Positions 20,175 to 29,756 are shown, counted from the stretch's first letter. The stretch: DNA of 64,000 nucleotides from an uncultured Gemmatimonadota bacterium (GCA_964490075.1 CAZBBK010000005.1:62001-126000); one strand, 5' to 3'. Notes: a model not told the origin generated them from the sequence alone. Made by a program: numbers and translations.

Positions 20175-23100
20175 TCAGCGCCCGGTGCCGACCAGCACGA
20201 AGCCGCCCCAGTGCGCCGGATGGGTGTAGGCGGAGAGCATCGGGTTTTCGGCCAGCTCCGCCGCCGCCGGATGCAGCATGCGCCGGCGGGCGTGCAGCAA
20301 GGCTTCGGCGGGCGTGCGATCCGACGGGTCGCCGAGGACCTGGAAAAAGTGCTGCATGAAGAGCCGCGCCGCGGAGTCCTCGACCGGCCAGAGCGTCGCC
20401 AGCACGCTCTCCGCTCCGGCGATGCGGAAGCTGCGGGTCAGGCCGAGCACGCCTTCGCTCGCGCTGTGTTCGCCGCGCGCCGAGTCACAGGCCGAGAGCA
20501 CCACCAGGCGCGCGTCCAGCGCCTGGTCCTGAATCGCGTGGGCCTGCAGGTGTCCGCTCTGCTCTCGTCCTGCCGAATCCGCTTCGGGTGCCAGCGCGAG
20601 TCCGGAGTACTCTGGATGCTCGGCATCGAACCAGGCGTGTGTCGCCAGGTGGAGCAGCGCGGCGGAGGGGGCATGGGCATGGTAGGCGGCGCAGGTGGCC
20701 GTTTCGCCGAGAAGCGCGACACTAGTCGGCCGTGGGAATCGAGTCCGAGCCGACAAGATCTCGTCGCGGGTGTGGGGCAGGGACGAGGTGCGCGCGCCGG
20801 CATCGGCGCGTCCGGCGCAGTCGATTCTCCCACTCACCGCGCCGAAGCCGACGTAGGGTCCCCCCCAGTCCCGGCCGGAAGAAGACGCCGAATCGAGCAG
20901 GGTCGCCGACTCCGAGTAGACGATCTCGAAGCGCTCTCCCAGGTGGCGACAGGCACCGAAGCCCAAGGACCAGGGATCCGCCGCGGTCTGGGGCAGGATC
21001 TCGAAGGGAATACGACACAGGGAACCGTCGGCGACGATGAAAAGCCTGTCGACTTTTTCGAGGCGGTTTCCGAGTGGTGCAAAGAGCTTCCGGTAGAGCG
21101 GCCACGCGTGCCCGAGGGGCTGGTAGCCCTCGGCACGAAGCGGCGACAGGTGGTACAGGATCGCCGCCACTTCGGCCTCCAGCGACGCCGAGCTCAGATC
21201 GATGCGCAAGGTCTCTTGCCTCGTGGGGGTGACGATGAGCAGCAACAGCTCGTGGGGAAGAGACCGAAAGAGCAACAACGCTTCGCGCGCACCCAAGACA
21301 GCTCTCTTGAGACGCGACAGGGGGATCGGCTCGCCGATGCCTGCCATGCGGGCGAAGCGCGGATGCTCGAACTCGATCTCCCGGCACACCCGCTGGTGCT
21401 CGCGACGAGCCTCCTCCAGGCTCCTGCTGAGCCCCGACATCACTTGCGGATGTGACGCGGAGGCGGCGCGCCGGCGCGCCAACTCGATCTCCAGCGCACC
21501 CAGCACCGATGCAGCGCCAAAGCGTGCGGCACGCAGCGCAGCGGGCAGCCCGTGGGGGCCACCGTCGAGCGCACGTCCGTGGATGCGGTCGAGGAGCACC
21601 CGCGACCGCGTGCGCTCGATCACGTCGAAAAGTGTCTCGGTCGGGACCGAGAGCGAGCCCGCGAGGTCGGCCAGACAGGTCTCCAGCAGCGGGCCGTACT
21701 CCTCGGCCAGGCGCAGGCGCAGGAAAGGCACGACGACGGTGATGAGGAGCGCTTCCAGAGTCTGCAGCGCCTCCGCGTAGGCGCTCCGCGCAAGCTCGCG
21801 CTCTCCCGTGCGCGCGGCGATCGCGCCGATCAAGAAGAGTGCCGCGGCGAGGCTGCGACGCTCTCCTTCGCGACGCAGGATCTCCGCCGCCTGGCGCAGG
21901 TCTTCCAGATCCGTCGCGAGATCGGATCCGCTCCGGGCGCGATCGTCGAGGTCGTGCCGAGCAGCATCGATCAACACCTGGGCGCGACGGGTCTGGTCCC
22001 CGGCTTCGCTCAAGATCCGCAGCGCCCGGCGCCACTGCCGCTGCGCCGAGCTACGCTCGCCCAGAGCGAGGCTGAGCTGCGCGACACCGCCCAGGATCGC
22101 GCCTTCCCAGCGGCGCTGGCCGGTCGAACGCACGATGCGCAGGGCACGGGCGTAAAGCGCGCGTGCGCGCCAGGCGCGGCCCTGGTCGCGAAAGTGGTGG
22201 GCAAGGTTGGCCAGGGTGTGCGCCTCGGTCCCCCGGTCGCCACAGCGACGGCTGAGAGCCAGCGCCTGACGGTAGTGGCCGAGCGCGGCGCGCTCATCGC
22301 CCGTCTCGAGCAAGAGATTGGCGAGATTCATGGCGGTCGCGGCCGCCGGCATCAGCTGGCCCGCCCGCTCCGCGGTCTCCAGCGAGCGCAGCAGCAGGGT
22401 GCGCGCCTGGCGCAAATCCCCGAGCTGGCGGTGGAGGCTGCCGAGATGGGCCAGAACGGTCGCCTGGGTGTCGGCGTGACGGGTCCGCTCGAAGATCGCC
22501 AGCGCCCGCTCCAATGCCGACCGCGCCTGGTGCAGACGACCGATCGAGAGCAGGCAGCCGCCGTGGTTCAGCAGCACCACGCCGAGAGAGACGTCGTTCG
22601 CACCGTGGCGAAGGAGATCGATGGACCGCTCGAATAGTGTCTGCGCCTGGTCCACCAAACCGCGCGAGCAGGTCATGGTGGCCAGGATGCCCAGCGCACG
22701 GCCTTCTCGAATCGACGCCCCCTGCTCGCGGTAGAGGGCGATTGCGCAGCGGTGGCAGCGCTCGGCGCGTCGCGTTCGACCGGCCACCTGAGAGATCGCT
22801 CCGGCGTTGGAGAGCATGTCGCCGCGGCCCCGGCGGTCGCCGAGCTCGCGGGCCAGGCGCAGCGACCAGAGCACCATGCGCCGCGCGTGCTTCATCTCGC
22901 CGCGCCGGTAGCAGGAGGACGCCAGCTCGTTGGCCGCCTCGAGCAACGCTCCGCGATCGCCCCACAGCACTGCCAGGTGCAGCGCCTCGCGAATCGTCGC
23001 TGGGGGGACCGGGCTCCCGTCGCGGCGAGCCGGACCCGAGTCGCACCGGAACAAGAGGCGCGCCGCGCGGCGCCCCCCCACGAGCGGCGGCTCGTCCGCA

Positions 23101-23831
23101 GAGGTCGGATCGACGCCGCTGTCGGCGAGTCGACCGGCCACCCGCCGGCGCAGAGCCCGCGCCAAGGGGGGCAGCTCCGGGCGGCAGATCCTCGACGGCG
23201 CCAGCGCCCGGTCGCAAGCTACCAGGGCCAGGCGCAGATCGACCTCGCTCAGGCCGCGGGCCAACGCCAGCCAGGCGGGCGACGAGGACGCCGCCGCGGC
23301 GGCGCCACCGGGCTTCTCCTCGGCACGATTCAACCGATCCAGGCTCCATGCCTCGTCCGACGGCTCCGCGCAGCGTTCGGCGAGGGCGTGAAAGACGACG
23401 TCGCGAATCCGCTGCCAGGCCTCCCACCGGACCATCGCCTCGCGCGCCGCCGCACGCAGCTCGGCGTCGTCCAGCGTCGCCGCCTCGGGATGCCCCGAAC
23501 CGACGCGCTCAGTGGCGTCGGGGGGGATCGGCGCGGCCGGCGGCTCGCCGCGAGCGCGCATCTCCGCCGCCTCGAGGGCAGCCGCGGGCACCCCCAACAG
23601 GACGTCGAGCCCCCGCCGCCTCAGCTCGCCGGCCAGCTCCTCGCTCCAGTCTCCGGTCCGCCACTCCTGGTGTGCGATTCGCTGGAAGAACGCCCAATCC
23701 CAGTCGTCGATGCGCCCCGGTACCACTCGCCGCAGCGCCACCTGCCCCCCCTCGGCATCGATGCGCTCCAGGTCTCCCAGCGGTCCCGCGCGCTCCTCGG
23801 GAGAACCCCGCGGCGGAAGCTGATCCATCAC
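20175..23831 (-). CDS. TPR-repeat CHAT-domain (caspase-like) cysteine protease
   Basis: 1218 aa with an extended TPR array (ALAIFERT...ATVLAHLGSLHRQLG...). The C-terminal CHAT domain has IVADGSL..IPFE, catalytic His (LHLATHA), catalytic Cys (LVVLSACDS), EG..GL.R.F..AGA..V.ATLWPVED and HPAHWGGFVLVG. No signal peptide. Confidence 0.93.
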   Translation of the reverse strand: MMDQLPPRGSPEERAGPLGDLERIDAEGGQVALRRVVPGRIDDWDWAFFQRIAHQEWRTGDWSEELAGELRRRGLDVLLGVPAAALEAAEMRARGEPPAAPIPPDATERVGSGHPEAATLDDAELRAAAREAMVRWEAWQRIRDVVFHALAERCAEPSDEAWSLDRLNRAEEKPGGAAAAASSSPAWLALARGLSEVDLRLALVACDRALAPSRICRPELPPLARALRRRVAGRLADSGVDPTSADEPPLVGGRRAARLLFRCDSGPARRDGSPVPPATIREALHLAVLWGDRGALLEAANELASSCYRRGEMKHARRMVLWSLRLARELGDRRGRGDMLSNAGAISQVAGRTRRAERCHRCAIALYREQGASIREGRALGILATMTCSRGLVDQAQTLFERSIDLLRHGANDVSLGVVLLNHGGCLLSIGRLHQARSALERALAIFERTRHADTQATVLAHLGSLHRQLGDLRQARTLLLRSLETAERAGQLMPAAATAMNLANLLLETGDERAALGHYRQALALSRRCGDRGTEAHTLANLAHHFRDQGRAWRARALYARALRIVRSTGQRRWEGAILGGVAQLSLALGERSSAQRQWRRALRILSEAGDQTRRAQVLIDAARHDLDDRARSGSDLATDLEDLRQAAEILRREGERRSLAAALFLIGAIAARTGERELARSAYAEALQTLEALLITVVVPFLRLRLAEEYGPLLETCLADLAGSLSVPTETLFDVIERTRSRVLLDRIHGRALDGGPHGLPAALRAARFGAASVLGALEIELARRRAASASHPQVMSGLSRSLEEARREHQRVCREIEFEHPRFARMAGIGEPIPLSRLKRAVLGAREALLLFRSLPHELLLLIVTPTRQETLRIDLSSASLEAEVAAILYHLSPLRAEGYQPLGHAWPLYRKLFAPLGNRLEKVDRLFIVADGSLCRIPFEILPQTAADPWSLGFGACRHLGERFEIVYSESATLLDSASSSGRDWGGPYVGFGAVSGRIDCAGRADAGARTSSLPHTRDEILSARTRFPRPTSVALLGETATCAAYHAHAPSAALLHLATHAWFDAEHPEYSGLALAPEADSAGREQSGHLQAHAIQDQALDARLVVLSACDSARGEHSASEGVLGLTRSFRIAGAESVLATLWPVEDSAARLFMQHFFQVLGDPSDRTPAEALLHARRRMLHPAAAELAENPMLSAYTHPAHWGGFVLVGTGR

Positions 23832-23851
23832 GGGTGCTCCGCCGCCATGGC

Positions 23852-24520
23852 TCAGCGCCGCTCGGCCGCCGCGTCCAGCCGCTCGAGCCAGGCCAGGGCC
23901 AGGGGCGCGTGCTTACCGCTCACGGCGCGCAGGTGGGCACGGGCTCGCTCCGGCTCGCCCTCCGCCACGCAGAAGGGCGCCGCGAGCAGGCTCAGACGGG
24001 CGTTGGGCTGGGGCTTCAGGTGCCGGCCTTCGAGCAAGCGCAGAGCCCGGTCCCAATCCCCCCCATCGGCTCGGTGCAGCGCCTCGTAGAAGCGCGCCAC
24101 GTCGGCCTGCTCCGACTCCAGTGGCAGGCGTCGCAGCTCGGCGAAGATCTCCGCCATGGCGTCCCGGCTGCGGCCTTCGATCGCGCTCAGCGCCCGCGCC
24201 CGCAGCTCCTGCGTGCCCCGCGTCCCCTGGCCGCGCACCACGGCGAACACGGGATCGGGTCCGCTCGCGATCGACGCGGCGACGGTGTCGACCAGGATCC
24301 GAATCCACTCGGCGGCCCGATCGATCGCGGCCGGGCGTCCGGGCGCGGGAGGAACGAGCGCGCGCAACGCCCGCTCCGAGGCCGCCAGAAAGACCGACTC
24401 GTGCTCGGCCAACGCGCTCTGGCAGGCCATGCAGACGTCAAGATGCGCACCGAGGGCGTCGAGCTCCGACTCCGAGAGCTCGACCACCTCCAGCGCGCGT
24501 TGCAGCTCGGCACAGTCCAT
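23852..24520 (-). CDS. Putative zinc-binding anti-sigma factor (zf-HC2/ZAS N-terminus, helical TPR-like C-terminus)
   Basis: MDC....AL...ELS..E...L..HLDVCMAC matches C-x-HxxxCxxC. It starts 3 nt after the ECF sigma stop and has no obvious TM segment. Confidence 0.75.
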   Translation of the reverse strand: MDCAELQRALEVVELSESELDALGAHLDVCMACQSALAEHESVFLAASERALRALVPPAPGRPAAIDRAAEWIRILVDTVAASIASGPDPVFAVVRGQGTRGTQELRARALSAIEGRSRDAMAEIFAELRRLPLESEQADVARFYEALHRADGGDWDRALRLLEGRHLKPQPNARLSLLAAPFCVAEGEPERARAHLRAVSGKHAPLALAWLERLDAAAERR

Positions 24521-24523
24521 CGA

Positions 24524-25126
24524 TCAGCGCTCCTGCCCTTCGCGGATCTTGCGCAAGGCCCGAAAGCGGATGACGGCGACCGTTCCCGCTCTGAGCGAGA
24601 GCCGCATCCCTATCTCCCGATCGGAGTAGCCCTCGAGCCAGAGCGAGATCAGGCGCTGCTCGCGCCGGTTCAACCGCGCGCCGATCAGACGCATCGTCTC
24701 GACCCAGGCTGCGATCGGCGGCGGCTCGGCATGGCCGAAGCGCTCATCGGACGCCTCCGGCGCAACCAGCTCCTCGGGTCTGCGGTACTTGCGCCGCCAG
24801 TGGTCGGCGATTCTGCGTCGCAGGATGTGCAGCAGCAACGCCTCCAGGCTGCGGATCGGTCGTCCATCCTCTCGGCTCCGGCGCATGAGCTCGAAGACCG
24901 CGGTGAGGGTCTCCTGGGCGATGTCCTCCGCGGCGTCGGCGGGAACGCCCGCGCCTTGCAGGCGCCGCAGAATCCGCGCTCGGGCGTCGCGCAGCCAGGC
25001 ATCGAGTCCTTCCCGATCTCTCGTTTCGTGCGCTGCCAAGCCTGCTCCTGCCGCGTCGTGTTGCGCGACGATAGCATGGGACCTCCACGGTTGAGGGGGC
25101 GCAGAGAGGCGAACCTGTGTTCCCAT
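24524..25126 (-). CDS. ECF-family RNA polymerase sigma factor
   Basis: Region 2 AEDIAQET...IRSLEALLLHILRRRIADHWRR and region 4 LNRREQRLISLW.EGYSDREIG..L....GTV....FRALRKIR. The start is either ATG 25126 (possibly leaderless) or TTG 25039 (after AGGAG). Confidence 0.88.
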   Translation of the reverse strand: MGTQVRLSAPPQPWRSHAIVAQHDAAGAGLAAHETRDREGLDAWLRDARARILRRLQGAGVPADAAEDIAQETLTAVFELMRRSREDGRPIRSLEALLLHILRRRIADHWRRKYRRPEELVAPEASDERFGHAEPPPIAAWVETMRLIGARLNRREQRLISLWLEGYSDREIGMRLSLRAGTVAVIRFRALRKIREGQER

Positions 25127-25133
25127 CGCCTAC

Positions 25134-25159
25134 GTCGCGCGGGGGGGTGACGGATTACA
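25134..25159 (-). promoter_or_regulatory. Putative autoregulatory ECF promoter TGTAAT-N16-CGAC
   Basis: The minus strand reads TGTAAT ccgtcacccccccgcg CGAC, 7 nt before ATG 25126. It matches 20125-20150. Confidence 0.65.
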
Positions 25160-25185
25160 GAGTGGGCGGAGCGATGGCGCGACCC

Positions 25186-26055
25186 CTACAACCCCCGCAT
25201 CCACTCCGGCCGCAGTGCCCCTTCGGCCAGCGCCCGGTCGATGGTCGCCACGATGGCGTCGCGGTTGCGCGGCAGCACCCCTTCCAGCGGCAGGTAGTTG
25301 GAGGCGTGGTTGGTGCGGAAGATCGTGGGCCGGGCCGGCTCCAGGCGCTCGACGAGGGTGCGCAGCTCGGCCAGCGACTGCTCCGGGCCGATCGGCTGAA
25401 ACTCGCCGCGCTCGACCATCGCCGCCAGCTCGGTGCCGGGCACCACGGTGAGGGTCAAGGCGCTCAGGTAGTGAGGCGAGATCTCGCTCGCGACGCGCGC
25501 GCTCTCGATCGCGTGCCCTTCGCTGTGCGTCCGGCCGCCGGCGCCCAGGAGCACGATCACGCTGCTCTTGATTCCAGCCGCGTGAGCCCGCCTCATGGCC
25601 TCGCTCATCTCGGCGGCGCTCGCTTCCTTGCGCATCAGCGCCAGCACCTCGGCGCTGCCGCTCTCCAGCCCCAGGTAGACCAGGCGCAGGTTGCGCGCCC
25701 GCAGCTCGGCCAGCTCGGCGTCGCTCTTGCCCAGAATCGCCTTGGCATCGGTGTAAGCAGTGACGCGCTGGAGGCGCGGAAACTGTGTCGCCAGCAAGTC
25801 GAGGATCGGCGTCAGTCGAGCCGCCGAGAGCACCATGGCATCGCCGTCGGCCAGAAACACCCGCCGGGTATCGGGTGCGATCCGCGCCATCTCCACAATA
25901 TCTTGCTCGATCTCCGCGAGGGGCCGGGCCCGGAAGCGCTTGCTGAGGTACATGGCGCAGAAGCTGCAGCGGTTGTAGGAGCAGCCGTGGGTGACCTGGA
26001 GGATGAAGCTGCGGGCTTCGCTGGGCGGGCGGTAGACCGGTTGGGAGTAGTGCAT
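25186..26055 (-). CDS. Radical SAM protein
   Basis: YRPPSEA.S.ILQVT.GCSYNRCSFCAMY (CX3CX2C), VFLADGDA, YLGLESG and FRTNHASNYL motifs. Confidence 0.92.
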   Translation of the reverse strand: MHYSQPVYRPPSEARSFILQVTHGCSYNRCSFCAMYLSKRFRARPLAEIEQDIVEMARIAPDTRRVFLADGDAMVLSAARLTPILDLLATQFPRLQRVTAYTDAKAILGKSDAELAELRARNLRLVYLGLESGSAEVLALMRKEASAAEMSEAMRRAHAAGIKSSVIVLLGAGGRTHSEGHAIESARVASEISPHYLSALTLTVVPGTELAAMVERGEFQPIGPEQSLAELRTLVERLEPARPTIFRTNHASNYLPLEGVLPRNRDAIVATIDRALAEGALRPEWMRGL

Positions 26056-26118
26056 GGGGGGATTGTAGGACTTGGAGGGAGGTGAGAGACCGGCGCCAGG
26101 CGATGGAAAACCACTCTC

Positions 26119-27255
26119 TCAGCGCAACACTTGCGCCGCAGCGTGAAGAAACCGGTTCAGCGGAATCAGCTCGATGCCACCTTCGCGACTCTCTTCTCTG
26201 TCTCCACCGCAGAGCATCAGAGCTCGGGCCATCGGGTAGTCCGCCCGAAACGCGCGCAGCCCCCGCAGATCGCGCCCGCGCAGCCGCGTCGTCCTCTTGA
26301 CCTCGATCGCGAACAGCCCGCGCTCGCCGTAGAGCACAAAATCGACCTCGACGCCCGAATGCGCGCGCCAGTGATAGAGCTCGTAGCCCAGGGCGGAGTT
26401 GGCATTCACCGCATGCAGATGCTGGTAGACGAGCGTCTCCAGTGCCGCCCCTTCCATCTCCTCGGGACGATCGAGAGGGCCCGCCGGGCGTAGCGTGCGA
26501 TAGACACCAACATCGAAGAGGAAGAGCTTGGGATGCCTCGCGATCCGCCGCGTGGCCCTCCTGGTGAAGGCCGGGAGTCGATGCGCCAGCAGCAGGTCTT
26601 CGAGAATCTCCACGTAGCCAGCCGCGACCGTCCGTTCCACCGCGGCGTCGCGCGCCACCAACGAGATATTGAGCGGCGCCGCCTGGGAAAAGGAGATCGC
26701 TTCCAAGAAGCGCCCGAATGCGCCGGCGTTTCTCGTCAGCCCCTCCTGCAGCACCTCTTCGCGCAGGTAAGTGCCGACGTAGGCTTCGAGGAAGTCGGCG
26801 TGGTCGGCGCGGGCATAGGCGGCCGGCAGCAAGCCGCGCTGGAGCGAACGATCGAGGCCGAAGTCGGCGCCGAGCTCGCCCGCCGTGAGAGGCGGCATGA
26901 CACGGCGCAGGGCGCGTCCAGCCAACAGGTTGGCACCACCGCGACGCAGTTTGCGGGCGCTGGATCCGGTCAGCGCAAAACGCAGGCCTCGCTCTTCGAT
27001 CAGCCGATGCACCTCGTTCAAGACTCCCGCCACACGCTGAACCTCGTCGAGCACGACCCAACCCTGGTGGTCCACCGGCAGCAGATCGCGGAGGCTCTCA
27101 GGGCGCGCCAGCAGCCGCCGACAGAGTGCGTCGTCCAGGCAGTCCAGGTAGACGGCATCGGGGAAACGCTCGCGAACCCAGGTCGACTTGCCCGTTCCAC
27201 GAGGGCCGAAAAGGAAGAAGCTCTGGGCGGGCGGCTCGAGCTCTCTGTGGTACAT
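26119..27255 (-). CDS. AAA+ ATPase (AAA_14) with DUF4143 C-terminal domain
   Basis: Walker A GPRGTGKST, Walker B VVLDEVQ, LTGSS, LAGRA, PKLFLFDVG, G..LET.V and EVDFV...AIEVK motifs. Confidence 0.92.
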   Translation of the reverse strand: MYHRELEPPAQSFFLFGPRGTGKSTWVRERFPDAVYLDCLDDALCRRLLARPESLRDLLPVDHQGWVVLDEVQRVAGVLNEVHRLIEERGLRFALTGSSARKLRRGGANLLAGRALRRVMPPLTAGELGADFGLDRSLQRGLLPAAYARADHADFLEAYVGTYLREEVLQEGLTRNAGAFGRFLEAISFSQAAPLNISLVARDAAVERTVAAGYVEILEDLLLAHRLPAFTRRATRRIARHPKLFLFDVGVYRTLRPAGPLDRPEEMEGAALETLVYQHLHAVNANSALGYELYHWRAHSGVEVDFVLYGERGLFAIEVKRTTRLRGRDLRGLRAFRADYPMARALMLCGGDREESREGGIELIPLNRFLHAAAQVLR

Positions 27256-27257
27256 GT

Positions 27258-27282
27258 TCCCAATTTACATGGATAATTGGGA
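27258..27282. promoter_or_regulatory. Palindromic operator-like site directly upstream of the ATPase start
   Basis: TCCCAATT-N9-AATTGGGA is a perfect inverted repeat in an AT-rich patch. A TAAATT -10-like hexamer on the minus strand lies 6 nt before the ATG. Confidence 0.55.
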
Positions 27283-27345
27283 TTGGCGAGCACAATTCGA
27301 CATCAAAGGTGCCCGCGACACTGCTTCGCCATCGGGACCGGTCCT

Positions 27346-28117
27346 CTACCTCAACAGCGCCATCCTGACCACCTCACGCCAACCCTCCCCGCTCAGCACC
27401 GCGACGTAGACACCACTCGCCGCGGCGCTCCCCTGAGCGTCGGTTCGGTTCCAGCGGACCGCGAATTGTCACTCGCCACGCTCACCCTCGAGCAGCCGCG
27501 CCACTCGGCGCGCTGCCGCCGCAGTAGAGCACCAGTTGGCCCGCGCCATCCCGGAGCTCGTGGGGTGCCCGCACCCCCAGCTCGTCGAAGTCGCCGGTGC
27601 CGCCTTCCGCCAGCGCCGGCTGGCAGTGACGAACCCAGCTCATCCCCTGATCCAGGGAGTACGCGAAACCGATCCGGATCGGACCCTCGATCACGCCTTC
27701 GAAGCCCTCGTACCACATCTTCAAGGTGTCGCCATCGGCCAGCAGCGCGGGCCCGTACACCGCCGCCTGGTCGAAGCACCCGGGAGCGCCGACATCGAAG
27801 AAGGGATCGGGCGAACAGCGCTCCCAGGTCGCCCCGCCCGGGGACTCCGACGACGGAATCCCCTGTGTCACATAAACACCGGCTGGGAGCGGTTCACTGG
27901 CGCCGTCTCGTCCGTCCCAGACCAGCTCCGCGCCCGGGATCTCCGGGGACCGGCAGACGCGGCACCACGACCCGTCCTGAAACGTCGACGATGCGGATCT
28001 CGGTGCCCGGTGCGGCGTCGATCGTATCTCCGGCGCGCAACGCCTGGAGCGGTGCCACCGCGATGCTCGATGTCGCCAGCGCCAACACTGGAGTCAACAG
28101 GTCGATCTCCGTCTCAT
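27346..28117 (-). pseudogene. Fragmented secreted beta-propeller (glycosidase-like) protein with FlgD-type C-terminus
   Basis: Pieces lie in different frames: a signal-like LLTPVLALATSSIAVA, propeller repeats (TWERCSPDPFFDVG...KMWYEG...IGFAYS.DQG.SW) and the tail *QFAVRWNRTDAQGSAAASGVYVAVL...RMALLR* ending at 27346. Confidence 0.7.
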
Positions 28118-29542
28118 TCCTCGTCTCCGGACTCGTCCCGCGGCACCCACCCCCCAATTCTCCGGCCCGCCGTAGGCCCCCATATCGGATCGGGCGCCGT
28201 TCGGGTACCACTCGGGCCACAGCCGATGCCAGTCGGAAACGCGGTCTTCTAGGGCGGGGTCGCCCGCGTCGATGCAGGGGGACTCGGGGCCGAGCAGCGC
28301 GCCGTAGCCGCGGCGCACCCGCATCAGAGGATTGGCGTCGATGTTTCCAGTGTCGGGATGGCCGCCCTGGACATCGCAGTAGCTCAGGATGGCGCCAGGT
28401 CCGGTGATCTCGTCGGGTTGATCGCGCCACAAGATACAGTTGGTCAGCAGCGGCGCAGCGCCGGCCTTGCAGGAGAGGGCGCCGTCGCCCTTGGCCGAGC
28501 TGTTTTCGATGATGGTACAATTGCTGAGGATCGGGGAGGAACTCTCGCAGCTCAGGGCGCCGCCCTTGCGTTCGGCGTGGTTGCCGGTGAAGAGGCAGTT
28601 GGTTAGGGTGGGGGTTGAGTTGTCGCGCGACAAGATGGCGCCGCCGTGGTAGAAGGCTGTGTTGTCGAAAAACAAACATCGACGCAGATCTGGAGCTGAT
28701 CCGGAGAGGCAACAGATACCGCCGCCGACCCTCCCCGCGCTGTTTTCGCCGATCGCGCAATCCTCGAGCGTGGGCGAAGAACCCGACGCGCAGAGCAGCC
28801 CTCCGCCGTGCCACGGTGAATCATTCCCTTGAATCGTACAGCTCAACAGCACGGGAGCAGCGCCGGTACCATGAAGCCCTCCTCCTCCCTTGTCGCCCGA
28901 ACCCTGCGATACGTTGTCGGACACGATGCAGCGGTTCAGACTGGGAGACGAGTGCTGGCAGTAGATGCCGCCGCCGTAGTGGGATGCCTCGTTGGCCGAA
29001 ATGGTGCGGTGGGTCAGGGTCACATCCGACCAGTCGTTGACCAGACCGCCGCCCTCTCCGGCCGTGGTGTTGCCCCAGATCGTGCACCCGCGGAAGGTGG
29101 CTCCCCCCCCGGCGCAGTAGACGCCACCGCCCTGCACGCTGGCCCAGTTGCCCCGGATGACGCAGTTGAGAATCGTCGGGTAGGTGTCGCGCGCGAGCAC
29201 TCCCCCACCCACGTCCGCCGCCCCTCCCGTCAGCGTCAACCCCGCCAGAACACAGGTCGAATCCTGGTAGCTCCCAAAGCGAACCACCCGCCCACTCCCA
29301 TCGGCGTCGACCACGGTGGCGGGATCGTCGGGTGCGGTGCCGGTGACGCGGATCGATTTGCCCAGGAAGTCGAGGATCTCGAGGTAGGTGCCGGGCTGCA
29401 CCAGCACCGTGTCGCCCTCCGCCGCGGCGACGATGGCGTCCTGGATGGCGGAGTGGTCACCGGGAACGTGGATGGTGGTCGACGCGGCGGTGGTGGCCGC
29501 GGCGAAGAGCACCGCCAGGGCGCTCGAGTTGCTCGTTCTCAT
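28094..29542 (-). CDS. Secreted right-handed parallel beta-helix (pectin-lyase-like) repeat protein
   Basis: Signal peptide, TIHVPGD...IQDAI..A..GDTVLVQPGTY, repeated GGG(I/V).C....P.L.NC.I..N and C-terminal GNIDANP...SPCIDAGDP...SDMGAYGGP. Confidence 0.85.
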   Translation of the reverse strand: MRTSNSSALAVLFAAATTAASTTIHVPGDHSAIQDAIVAAAEGDTVLVQPGTYLEILDFLGKSIRVTGTAPDDPATVVDADGSGRVVRFGSYQDSTCVLAGLTLTGGAADVGGGVLARDTYPTILNCVIRGNWASVQGGGVYCAGGGATFRGCTIWGNTTAGEGGGLVNDWSDVTLTHRTISANEASHYGGGIYCQHSSPSLNRCIVSDNVSQGSGDKGGGGLHGTGAAPVLLSCTIQGNDSPWHGGGLLCASGSSPTLEDCAIGENSAGRVGGGICCLSGSAPDLRRCLFFDNTAFYHGGAILSRDNSTPTLTNCLFTGNHAERKGGALSCESSSPILSNCTIIENSSAKGDGALSCKAGAAPLLTNCILWRDQPDEITGPGAILSYCDVQGGHPDTGNIDANPLMRVRRGYGALLGPESPCIDAGDPALEDRVSDWHRLWPEWYPNGARSDMGAYGGPENWGVGAAGRVRRRGMRRRSTC

Positions 29543-29756
29543 GCGGTCCCCCCTTCCGGAGTCGCGGGCGCGAGGCTGTTCACACGATGGCAACGCGTGC
29601 CGGTCCAGTCTTGGCCTGCCGATCCCACCCCTCCCCCATCCCCCGCGGCCTGCGCCCCCCGTACGACACAGCGCGCCATGCAATCGTGGCGCCGCCACCC
29701 GCGCGATGATAGATTTCGGGTTTTGAGTCGGCCCCACTCCTCTACTCGGAGTCCCC

